Part shown: positions 49,141-60,719 of the stretch, piece by piece
Layout: every line of letters starts with the position of its first letter
Position numbering within the stretch: the stretch's first letter is position 1
Assembly (NCBI GenBank): GCA_030390025.1
Contig: CM059432.1
Location: 62,932,001 to 62,996,000 of the forward strand
Length of the DNA stretch: 64,000 nt
Direction: 5' to 3'
From: Squalus acanthias
Taxonomy: Eukaryota
Program-made: the position numbers and the translations under genes
The notes under the pieces: generated by a model
Seen by the model: only the letters and a program-made list of their open reading frames with translations
The model's database searches: none
Told to the model about the DNA's origin: nothing

Positions 49141-51819
49141 ATGACCACTATTGACACCACAAACTGCCGGCGCAAAGTGGAGAGAATCTCCAAGAAGATC
49201 ACGCATATTGACACAGACATCAAGTATCTACAGAGATGTAAGAAAGCAGACAAGATTCCGAAAGGACTACAGATCACGAACCCACTCAAGTCGACATACA
49301 ACACAGACTACGCTGAGAGACTTTGCCGTCGTACCTCTCGCACACTCCTCAACCATCTCGTACACCAGCTCTACAGCAGACGCCGCAACCTCGAAACCAA
49401 GATAGAGTCCATGCTCTCAGCCTGTGCTCAGGACACAGCAGACCAGCTACGAGACACCGCCAAATAGACGAGGCAACGGAACTACGCTTCCTACATGCGC
49501 ATCAAGAACAGGAAGCTTGAGAAACTCGGCATCACCACCAGCAGCAACCAAGCCTCCCCCAGTACCACGGTTGCAACCACAGGGAAGTACATCGTCAACC
49601 TGTCGGACCACACCCTTCAACCAGACGAAATCGAAGTTCTCGCCCTAGGGCTCAAGTTCTGCCCCACCACCAAAATGGACCCCATCGGTCTTGCGGCAGA
49701 CACAGAGGAATTCATCAGGAGAATGAGGATCCGGGAATACTACCACAAATCCCAAGATGTCAGCAACAAACCCAATGAGACAATCAATGATCCGGAACAG
49801 CAGACAGAGGGAACCGCAGTGCAGCAACCGAAGAAGAAAGAGTCAAATTGGACCCCTCCGGAGGGTCGCTGCCCTAAGTTTGACATGTATGCTCAAGCTG
49901 TCAGGAAATGCATTAACGCCAGATTCCTCAGCCGCACTCACAAGACAGTCCAGAATGTCACCCGAGCACAACGCAATGCCATCCACGCTCTCAAGACCAA
50001 CCCCAACATCGTCATCAAACCAGCGGACAAAGGAGGAGCCATCATCATACAGAACAGAATGGACTATTGCAAAGAAGCATACCGACAACTGGACAACCAG
50101 GAACACTACAGACAGCTACCCGCAGATCCGACCAAAGAACACACCCGCCAACTCAATAGACTGATCAAGACCTTCGATCCAGACCTTCAAAGCATCCTAT
50201 GCACTCTCATCCCACGTACTCCCCGCGTAGGAGACTTCTACTGCCTCCCAAAGATACACAAAGCCAACACACCCGGATGTCCTATCGTATCAGGCAACGA
50301 AACCCTGTGTGAGAACCTCTCTGGGTACGTCGAGGGCATCCTGATACCCATCGTACAGGGAACCCCCAGCTTCTGTCGCGACACTATAGACTTCTTACAG
50401 AAACTCAGCACCCATGGACCAGTTGAACCAGGAACACTCCTCGCCACGATGGACGTATCGGCACTCTACACCAGTATCCCCCACGATGATGGCATCGCTG
50501 CGACAGCCTCAGTACTCAACACCAACAACAGCCAATCTCCAGACGCCATCCTACAACTCATCCGCTTCATCCTTGACCACAATGTCTTCACCTTCGACAA
50601 CCAGTTTTTTACCCAAACACACGGAACAGCCATGGGGACCAAATTTGCACCCCAATACGCCAACATCTTCATGCACAAGTTCGAGCAAGACTTCTTCGCT
50701 GCACAGGACCTCCAACCAACGCTGTACACCAGATACATCGACGACATCTTCTTCCTTTGGACCCATGGCGAAGGATCACTGAAAAGACTACACGATAACA
50801 TCAACAGGTTCCATCCCACCATCAAACTCACCATGGACTACTCCTCAGAATCGGTTTCATTCTTGGACACATGAATCTCCATCAAAGACGGACACCTCAG
50901 CACTTCACTCTACCGCAAGCCCACGGACAACCTCACGATGCTCCACTTCTCCAGCTTCCACCCTAACCACGTTAAAGAAGCCATCCCCTATGGACAAGCC
51001 CTGCGAATACACAGGATCTACTCAGACGAGGAGGAACGCGATGGACACCTACGGACGCTGAAAGATGCCCTCGTAAGAACGGGATATGACGCTCGACTCG
51101 TCGATCGACAGTTCCGACGGGCCACAGCGAAAAATCGCATAGACCTCCTCAGAAGGCGAACACGGGACACAACCAACAGAGTACCCTACGTCGTCCAGTA
51201 CTTCTCTGGAGCGGAGAAACTACGCCATGTTCTTCGCAGCCTTCAACATGTCATCGATGACAACGAACACCTTGCTAAGGCCACCCCCACGCCTCCACTA
51301 CTTGCCTTCAAGCAGCTGCCTAACCTCAAAAGTACCATCATTCGCAGCAAATTACCCAGCTGTCAGGAGAACAGCGACCACGACACCACACAACCCTGCC
51401 ACGGCAACCTCTGCAAGACATGCCAGATCATGAACACAGATACCGTCATCACACGTGAGGACACTACCCACCAGGTACATGGTACATACTCATGTGACTC
51501 GGCCAACGTTGTCTACCTCATACGTTGCAGGAAAGAATGCACCGCGGCATGGTACATCGGCGAGACCATGCAGACACTGAGACAACGTATGAACGGACAC
51601 CGCGCAACAATCGCCAGGCAGGATTGTTACCTCCCAGTCGGGGAACACTTCAGCAGTCAAGGACATTCAGCCTCGGATCTGCGGGTTAGCGTTCTCCAAG
51701 GCGGCCTTCGAGACACACGACAACGCAAAATCATCGAGCAGAAACTGATAGCCAAGTTCCGCACCCATGAGGACGGCCTCAACCGGGATCTTGGGTTCAT
51801 GTCACGCTACAGAACGTGA
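49141..51819 (+). pseudogene. Penelope RT + GIY-YIG endonuclease ORF (892 codons, two in-frame stops)
   Basis: One frame across three listed ORFs; IKPADKGG, FYCLPKIHK, MDVSALYTSIP, GTAMG, RYIDD, SFLD, VVYLIRC...WYIGET..RQRMNGH, GLN; stops TAG 49465-67 and TGA 50872-74. Confidence 0.95.
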
Positions 51820-52055
51820 CTCGACATCGTTGACTGTTTTTCCAGTTTTTAAAAAAAAGAAAAAAAAGGTTAAAAGCTTAACTGCAGACGGCAGCATTTG
51901 ACACGTTGGACCCCCTGTGACCCACCTCATTGTCTAACTGTACTCTGATGTGTCTTTGATGTAATGCCTCCCTAACAGATTGTATCTCTGCAGACACATT
52001 GTTCTCTGTATATATATATACTGTGTAATCGATTTGTATTACTTCACTGTACCTG

Positions 52056-52090
52056 TACCTGAAGAAGGAGTGGAGCTCCGAAAGCTCGTA
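52056..52090 (+). ncRNA. Minimal hammerhead ribozyme motif in Penelope 3' pLTR
   Basis: TAC-CTGAAGA-A-GGAG-TGGAG-CTCC-GAAA-GC-TC-GTA. Confidence 0.78.
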
Positions 52091-52224
52091 ATTTTAAATA
52101 AAACTGTTGGACTATAACCTGGTGTTGTGCGACTTCTCATTTTTGTCCACCCCAGTCCAACACCGACATCTCCGCATCAGTACAGGCTGCCAAAGGAGGC
52201 GGTGCTGGCCTCTACAGAGACAAT

Positions 52225-52646
52225 GGGCTGGATTTTCAATGACCCGTGGAGTCGGGTTTGGAGGCGTGTGGGGGGTTAAAGTTGCAGATTCGGGGGTCCC
52301 GACCCCATCCCGCCTCCAACCCGCCTCCACGCAATTTTGATAAAATCATGTGCGGTGTTCCCGACTCCGTCCCGCCTCCAAGAGGCGGGAGAGGCCATTA
52401 AAGCCCTTAACAAGCCCTAAATTGGCTCTGTAATGCCATTTTGAAACGTTTGAGCTAGTTTAACCCTTTTCCGACGTGAAGGGCGCCTGATGTGAAACAC
52501 TCCAGTGAAACCTGGCGGGAGCACAAGTGAATAGCTGACTATCAGCTGCAGGTCCACTATTACAACGGAGATGTGATGAAGGTAGTAGTAGTATTAGGTC
52601 TGAAAGTCGCCTCTGATGCTGCTGAGACTGCCTGGCCTTTGCTGTG

Positions 52647-52686
<40 letters not shown>

Positions 52687-52959
52687 CTTAGAGCTGCTGC
52701 TCATTTTGCATCCAGGTCCTCTCACACCAAAAGCCAGGCAGTCTCTGACCTGACCTGCAATGCTGCAGCAATGATGACATCATCAGAGGCGACTTTCAGA
52801 CTGAAAACACTAATTGGTTCATGGGTTCCCACATGCTGGAACTCAATTGCCCAATTAAGTGAAAATTGCATCAATCTCCCACATCCAAATGCAGTCGGGT
52901 GGATAACACGAAATGCGGATGACACGACCCCAACCCGCCCCAGTATCAAAATCCAGCCC
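52225..52959 (+). mobile_element. Harbinger MITE (family 2), left part homologous to Harbinger B left end
   Basis: TIR GGGCTGGATTTT ... AAAATCCAGCCC; TSD AAT/AAT; 52260-52580 aligns with 22410-22730. Confidence 0.92.
52650..52684. repeat. (CT)n microsatellite
   Basis: About 17 CT units. Confidence 0.95.
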
Positions 52960-54706
52960 AATGTTGTATATTACAGGTGGTCGACCTGTCTGGGGAACCG
53001 GATGACCCCACTCCAGCCCATCAAACTGCTTAGCATTTATACAAAGAAGTAAAGGAATGGAGTCCTCACCAAAACTCCAGGCATATCAGGAAAACATGAA
53101 TAAAACAAGCCCAAAAGCCCAGTCTATTCATACCAAGGCCCAGTTTCGATGGCCCGAAACTCATCACAAATGAACAACCATCAGACCAGCAATCATCGTT
53201 AAAGGCCATTCTCCTGCCATTAAAGTTAACGACCTTAACGAGCCCACCAGAATTAAACAAAGCACTGGGAAGATTTGGCGGGCAGATAAGGAACAATCCA
53301 ACAGTATAACTATAGACCTGTGCTGGGACAAGCCAGTTCTACAGAGACGAGAGGCTGGAACAAGCCAGTTCTACAGAGAACAGAGATTGCAAGGCAGAGC
53401 ACTGACTGGCAGTTTTGCAGACTAGCAGATTACAGCAAGAGAGCTACGGAACACGGAACAGCAAGGCCAAGCAGACTGCAGTCGACCGAAGCAAGGACGA
53501 AACCGACCGCATCAGCGGATTCGCAAAGACTGAGCCTGGAGAGCCGCTGAAGTTTTCTGCCACGTACAGCGTACGGCAGCCACCATCCAACACATCGAGC
53601 GAATCCCAAAACCACGACCGGCTTAATCGACAGGATTCGACCTGTCCAGAGACCCTTATTGGTGAGCATGATCCCTGGCCCCTCACAGCACACTTAGTTA
53701 GATATGGGTAAGGGGATTAAGACTGTGATTTTTCTCTCTCGATGTGCCGTGTGTTCCCCATTCCAATTTATGTGTATTTTAGTAAGCCTGTAACTATTCC
53801 AGTAATTTTTCAGTGTTGTATCGTTCATAAAATAAATACGAGTTTCTTGTACCAAACCAGTCGTCTACTCCAATTCTGTATCGCCGCCTGTACCTAAGTC
53901 CGGTGTCTAGAACCCAGGGGTGTGGGAGCGATTCGAACCGCTCAGGAACCCAGTCAGAGGCGAACTGACTACACACACGCCACCCCCTACATTTTGGATG
54001 TTGATGAGATGGTGATTATGCTGCAAGAGGTGCACCAAAGGAAAGTGTCCCTATTGTGAGCCAATGACCACCATCCAGTAAAAACAAAGGTGCCCGATAT
54101 TTGGAGGTGGGGAGGGGGGGTTGGCGGCAGGGAAATGCTGAATGAGTCAATGCAGTCACGCAGCTCCTTCCTGCTGAGGGGCAAAGACAGATGTGGATAA
54201 GCAGACACTGACTACAAAACACTGCTGTTCTGGCTGCAGATGAAGGATAAGTTTGTTAGAAGATGACAGTTCTCCTCAGATTTGCTCACCTTCCTTGTGG
54301 GGCCCATCCATTATGGCACAAATTTAAGTTGGGAACTAGCATGCTCTCTGGGAAATACCAAGTCAAGCATTTGTGTCCAACTCTGATACTTTTTTATGGT
54401 GACAGATGCTGAGGCTACCAGTCCAGGGACCTCCTTGTTGCTTGGGGCTTTCTCAGTGGGGTCAGCGCCCATTGATGTAGAGGATAGGCTGCTTTACTAA
54501 CCAGTTTTCCTCTTCCTTCACAGAATGCGGGTACTGTGGAGTGCTGCACAATGAAGGTTCCTGGCTGATTACTGGATAACAGCCATTGGCATGTACAATG
54601 ATGTTTTGGTGGTCAGTTCACATGTGACAGTTAATTGTGTGAAAACCCTTTCTCTTCTGAAGGCCATAAGGTTGATATGAAGATTCTATAGCCTGAAACA
54701 TGGACA

Positions 54707-54737
54707 TTATGTATGCATTATGTATGCATTATGTATA
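54707..54737. repeat. 11-bp tandem repeat (ATTATGTATGC) x about 3
   Basis: Direct reading. Confidence 0.85.
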
Positions 54738-54738
54738 T

Positions 54739-55046
54739 TGTCTTTCGGATGAGATGTTAAACCGAGGCCCCATTTGCCCTCTCAGGTGGATGTAAAAGAT
54801 CTCATGGCATTATTCGAAGAAGAGCAGGGGAGTTTTACCCGGTGTTCTGGCCAATATTTCTCCCTCAATCAACACCACTAAAACAGATTATCTGGTCATT
54901 ATCTCATTGCTGTTTGATGCACCTTGCTGTGCACAAATTTTCTATTATACAACAGTGGCTACACCTAAAAAAAAATACTTAATTGGCTGTAAAGCGCTTT
55001 GGGATGTCCTGAGGTTGTGAAAGGCGCTATATGAATGCAAGTCTTT
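54739..55046 (+). mobile_element. Deu-domain SINE, 5'-truncated
   Basis: GGATGAGATGTTAAACCGAGGCCCC...GAAGAAGAGCAGGGGAG...GTAAAGCGCTTTGGGATGTCCTGAGGTTGTGAAAGGCGCTATATGAATGCAAGTC. Confidence 0.9.
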
Positions 55047-55848
55047 GGGGGAAAAATTCATGTTCGCCAGCAAAGTTGCCGCAGTTAACGGCCGCTGGAA
55101 ATGGCCGCAACGCTAACCAAGTGAAATTGGTCTGTGGGGCATGGAGATAGGTGGCACAGCGCTCACCTTCGTGCAACGCAATCCTGGTGGCATTGCTGGA
55201 GGGATCCGGGACGAAGTTTCTGTCCAGGTCCGGCGTTGCAGTTTCCCACAGCCTCTGTGAGCGAAGCTGTGGAGCTTGCAGGGGACTGTGGTCAATGGAG
55301 AGGTCTGCGATTTAAAGGGGCCATGCACACTGAAGCAATACAAAATAAAATGCAGTGAATCAATACATTTTTCAGCCCTTTCTGCCTTTTAAGAAATATT
55401 CAATATTTAAAAGATGTTCTAAATGTGAATATTCAGCTGTTAAAGCTGAATTACCTTCCTAACCACAACAGATGAGAAAACTGCCTCAGCAATAACACAA
55501 ATGGCTCAGCAAGGCAGGGAAGGGGCACCGAGGGTCTCACACGCAGCACTCCAGCTTTGTGCAGGGGGTCAACACTGCAAGAGCGGCCCTCTACCCAAAG
55601 GGTCCAGGAGGCCCTCCAGAAAGAACGATGTGGGAGTACATCACTAAGGCTGTCACTGCCAGCAGTGTCGCCCCCACCACCTGGCTCCAGTGCCTAAAGA
55701 AGCTTCATGACCTCAGACCACAAAGGGGGAGACGAACATGGTGGCCATTGCGGGACCCACCGCCAGCTGGTGAAAGAGCGGCGGCCGCCATTTTTATCAT
55801 CATTTCATGGCGCTATGAAGTGGCGATGAGTACATGAATTTCTAGCCC
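55047..55848 (+). mobile_element. Harbinger deletion derivative retaining a Myb exon 1 remnant (55501-55715)
   Basis: TIR GGGGGAAAAATTCATG ... CATGAATTTCTAGCCC; TSD TTT/TTT; MAQQGREGAPRVSHAAL...WEYITKAVTASSVAPTTWLQCLKKLHDL. Confidence 0.85.
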
Positions 55849-56234
55849 TTTTTTCTTTCAACCTGTCTTGGGCAGTGTACTCCAGACACCCACAGTCCCA
55901 TGCCTGATTTTACAAATTGAGTCAGCGAAATCGGGGCTTTTTGTCTTAGAAGAGAAATTTCAGTGACAAAGTTTTAGAAATTTGATCGCGCCTAATGAAG
56001 CCAGTGGCCGGATCATGGGAAATTGGTCCTCCGGCTTCATTAGTATATTACCAGGAAGTTGTGGGTGCCAGTCGTGGCCCCAGAGGCAACTCACTAGTCG
56101 CAGAGGGGGAGTACGAATGACTGGCTGGGACGCCGGCCGAGGGCAGCAAGTAAGACTTGAGGGGGGTGGGGGGTGGGGGGGGGGTGGAATGGTGAGACAA
56201 TTGGAGGGGGTGAGTATAGGACGGCAGCTCTTAT

Positions 56235-56370
56235 TACATAGGATATATGGCACAGAAACAGGCCATTCGGCCATACCAGTCCCTGCCGGCGTTTATGCTC
56301 CACATGAGCCTCCTCCCATCTTTCCTCATCTAAATCTATCAGCATAACCCTCTATTCCCTTTTTCCTCAT
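56235..56370 (-). mobile_element. CR1-type 3' end fragment within a probable MITE (about 55950-56750)
   Basis: Reverse complement reads GGCCGAATGGCCTGTTTCTGTGCCATATATCCTATGT. Confidence 0.7.
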
Positions 56371-57990
56371 AAGCTCCTCCTGGCTCCACATTCAGGTAAG
56401 CATAAAATTTGGTACTTACCTTTTTTGGTGCTGGCCTCCAGTGGTCCCTTTAAGAACCACTGGTTTAGCAGCTGTCCGCCCGAGAAAACTGACCGCAGCA
56501 TACACGGTGCTTTCCGCACTCAGTTGCAATTCATTTTGGAAAAGGGGCCTGAAACAGGCATTAGGCCCCCGATTGGCATAGGTCATGGGCCTAACGCCTG
56601 TTTCAGGCGGGTGTCCTGGACGAGTATAAGGCGCCCTAACCAATATGGCGCGCAGCACACTTCCAGCATGTGCCACCGTGCGCCTTATTGGACACTTTAG
56701 TGTCCGTTACTTGCCCAAAAAATGGGTGCTGCTCAATCGAATCTCTAGACCAAAAAGTCAGTGTTTGGTTTTCCTCATGAGTTTTCATCTGCTTGAAACA
56801 CATTACCGGCATCAATCAGTTCCCGCAAGTAACGAGCACGGGCCTGCATTCCAACCCTTGGGGTGCCCTTCATGCTCTCAGAAAGCTGGCTTTTCCAAAA
56901 TCAATACTGAAATTTTCTGTGATAAAGTACATGTGATAAAGGGAACACAAACCTACTTTTAATTAAATTCAGCTCCAATTACTTTCCAAGTTCTCACTCT
57001 ATCTAGAAATTCATATATTTTGCCCCTCCACCTGCTTATATTCTCCCACCTCTTATTTCTATCTTTTCCTGTTTGTTTTGTCATTGTCAAACTATTCTTT
57101 TCTTTAACTTTACTTTCTAACATTTATTTGTACTTTGGGAAATCAAGTTCCCCCTTAGTTGAACATTTTACAAATGTTATGAACAAACTTGCTGTAGAAA
57201 TGGCTAAAAACAAAAGCTGTGAATGCTTGAAAACTGTTGTGGTTTTTCATGAGGTATCATAGCTGTCACAGTTATTGCAGTGGAAATTAGTGCAATGTGT
57301 TACTTGGGTACTGTATTTGTAAAATGCAACTCGCTTATGAACACTTGATAAAATTAAATCCCTATAATTTTATGAGGACAACTTTTAAGTCTGCAGGTCT
57401 TAGGGTAGTAGTTCTCATTAAATATTATTACTAACACCTTTACCAGTAGACAGCCAAATGACAGACAGGCATGACATATATTATATGCAGCTGTTTGGAT
57501 TGGTATCTGAGAGACTTAATGGTGTCTGTTATAGCCATAGCCATACACTATAGTTCACTGTCGTTCAAAAGGCGAGATGAATGCTCTTACCTCAGTGAGT
57601 TGCTACTCAAAGCAACCTTGCTGGATTGCTCATCAAGTTATTGTACAAGAAATAATATTTGTCAAGGAATTAAGACTACAAGTCAATTGGAGAAAACTAG
57701 TTGTGCTATTCCCAAGATATAGCAGCCATTTGCAGTCAGTACCTGGCCTGCTGGAGAATACCTTCTCACTCATCTTTCAAAGTTTAATACAGGAGCAGTC
57801 ACATCTTGAATTCACGTATATCAAGACTGATGGCAGCTGTCACCTTCATATGGCTGGATAAAAGAGAAAATAATACTATATTGTATTTTGATGTGACATA
57901 CCTTTCACTATGTACCATTAAAATGCAGAAAAGTGTTAATCCCTAACTTGAGAAATGTGGGGGAAAAATATTAAGCACTTACCAGACCAG

Positions 57991-60621
57991 GGCCTAGAAA
58001 TTCAATAAGGCCTGAAAACGGGCAGGGGCCAGCGCTATTTGCCTGCGCCTCTACTAAGTGGTACATGCAGCACACAAAATTCGTGCTGCCTGCTCATTAA
58101 CATAATTGCAGTGCTGATCTCAGTGCTAAACGCGCTGCTGATTGGCTTAGCGCTCAACGGGGGGCCACTATTGGGTGCAGTGTATTGGCCAATAAAGTTT
58201 GGCCTAGGCTCTCTCCACTACCTAAAGGAGAGGTGTTTTCTTACAGAAGCACCTCATTGTCAGATGAGAGGAAGGAATGGCGCAACAGGGAAGAGAGAGC
58301 GCGAGACGGGTCTCAGATGCTACACTGGAGGCCTTGGTCCTGGGGGTAGAATGATGATGGGCTGTCCTTTACCCACAGGGTGGCAAGAGGCCATCAAAGG
58401 TCATCAGCAGAAGGATTTGGGAGAAGATCGCACAATCCGTCACGGCGACGAGTGTTGTCGGATCCAGTGCCGAAAAGTTTAATGACCTCACACACAGCAC
58501 AATGCACTACACCCCCATCACTCACCTACCAAGGAGTGCGCATGTAGCTTTGCCAGGATAGCAGGCTTCCCCATGGTGCAGGGCGCCATCGATTGCACCT
58601 ACGTGGCTTTGCGGGTGCCACAGAACAATCCTGAGATGTTCCGTAACCGCAAAGGCTACCACTGACTTAATGTGCAGTTGTTATGCTACCATGCACAGCG
58701 CATCCTGATGGTCAATGCCCGCTATCCTGGCAGCAGTCATGATGCCTTCATCCTGCATCAGTCCGGCAGGCCAGCAATCTTCCAGCCACCACGTCAAACT
58801 CAAAGTGGCTGCTCGGAGACAAGGGCTATCCGCTCGGCACCTGGCTGGTGACTCCCCTCCACAACCCCACCACTCCTGCCCAGCACTTTTATAATGAGAG
58901 CCATGCTTCCACCAGGAACATCATTGAGCAGACCATCGGGCTGCTGGGTTCTATCCCAGGTACGGCCCATCTACCTGGAAGCCTCTGGTGCTCCCCCTGT
59001 CCTCCTCTTCCTCCTCCTCTCTTTCTCCTCCTCTTCCTGTTGTGGCTCCTGAGCTTGACCCTCTGGCACAATATCTGGTGGTAACGACTGGTCTCTCATG
59101 AACACCAGATTGTGGAGCATGCAGCAAATCACCACGAATGTGGACAACTTCTCGGCCGAGTACTGCAGGGCACCTCCTGATTGGTCAAGGCATCTAAACC
59201 TCTTCTTGAGGGCCCCAATGGTCTGTTCAATGATATTCCTGTGGCTGAGTGGCTCTCATTGTATGAGTGCTCAGCTGGTGTCTGGGGAATCCTCAGGGAA
59301 ATCGTGAGCCATGGCATCAGAAGGTATCCATTGTCACCTAGTAACCAACCATGCACATTGTGTTGGGGCTCAAAGATCAGTGGGACAGATGACTGTTTCA
59401 TTATAAATGCATCATGGCAGCTCCCTGGATAGCAGGCATTCACCTGGATGATGCGCTGCCAGTGGTCGCAGACAAGCTGTGCATTGAGGGAATGAAATCC
59501 CTTCCTGTTCCTGAATACCTCCGAGTTTAAATAAGGGCTCGCATGGCCACATGTGTATAGTAAATGGCTCCCTGGACCATGGGGAATCCTGCAATCCTGT
59601 CGAATCCCAGTGCCCTCTGCCGCTGGTCTTCTCTGGAAATAGGGAATGATATACAGCCATTCCTCAGATTATATAGAGCCGCAGATACCTCCCTTATGCA
59701 GTGTGCACAGAGGATTGTGAGATGTGACTTATCTCATGTGTGGCAGCCTGGAAGGTTCCAGTAGCAATAAAGTTAAATGTTACTGTGATCTGGACTGGCA
59801 CAGGCAATGCAGTCCTGTGACGTCTGAGTCTTCCTTCCACGAGGCCACAGATCTCTGTAATGATCTCCTTGGTAAAGTGCAGCCTCCTCATGCACTGGTG
59901 TTGGGTCATGTGAATGTAGGAGTAGTGCTCTCTGAATACCCTGGGTAGATAGGGCCTCCTGCTGAGAGCCTTCCTGTCCCTCACTCCTGCAGCATCTGGT
60001 GCTGCTCTGCCCTGGCCTCATCTCCTCCTCCAAATCGTCATGCAGAGCAAGGAGGTTCCCTATCAAGATGCCCATGACCAAGCACTCCCTTTCTCCTGGT
60101 GACTCCTGTAAGGTGTCCAATAAGGTAGAGTAGCACAGCACTCAATCTTTTTAGGTAAACTCCTGAGAGAATATCAGAGAAAAATGTTGATAGAGTGTTG
60201 GGTAAATTCTTGACAAAGTCTCCCGATGTGTCTCAAAAGACCTCTTCAAACGCAGTGTAGTCAGTCGATCTCAATCAACAAGTGAATATTGAAAGCTGAG
60301 CATGGCTTTAAGTAGCGCTCGAAATAGTCAGCAAGGACTTGTGTACTCCTGTTCAGCTGGTCGTTGTTAGGAGAGGTCATTAAATTAAGCGTTATTCACC
60401 AAAATGGCGTGCAGCCTCTTTAATGAGCACTAGCAGCCAATTTAATTGTCAATCAGCCCCTTAACGATCCTCCAGGCAGCCGTTCCTAGCACTGGCTTCA
60501 ACTCCTTAACACGATGGCGTCTAGTGCTAAATGCGGGCTAAACCGACGTTGCAGCTTAAGACCCCACCTTGGCCTCCTCTTTACCTCTTCAGCGCCTAAA
60601 ACATTCAGCCAAAATAGCCCC
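57991..60621. mobile_element. Rearranged Harbinger D: left end, Myb exon 1 (58277-58490 +), transposase piece (58530-58945 +), transposase (58950-60075 -)
   Basis: Left end GGCCTAGAAATTC...AAGGCCTGAAAAC like element A; FARIAGFPMVQGAIDCT on +; YPGSCHDAFI and LLGDNGY on -; possible TSD CAG. Confidence 0.75.
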
Positions 60622-60719
60622 CAGAATATGTATGTGGCTCAAAAATAAAACAGAAATTTACCAATCTACCATTGTGTAATACACCCATATACATACAATT
60701 GTGCAACTACAAATCTTTA

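Larger units (their letters stand above)
49037..52176 (+). mobile_element. Near full-length Penelope-like retroelement with direct pLTRs
   Basis: Direct terminal repeats 49037-49140 / 52074-52178; TSD (TC)AGTACAG; RT and GIY-YIG ORF. Confidence 0.95.
48736..53991 (+). mobile_element. Solo LTR (about 1.37 kb net) split by Penelope and MITE insertions
   Basis: TGTAGGG...CCCTACA termini; TSD TTTT/TTTT; AATAAA at 53831; 3' motif shared with LTR 45998-47669; flanks rejoin as a degenerate Myb-like exon. Confidence 0.82.
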
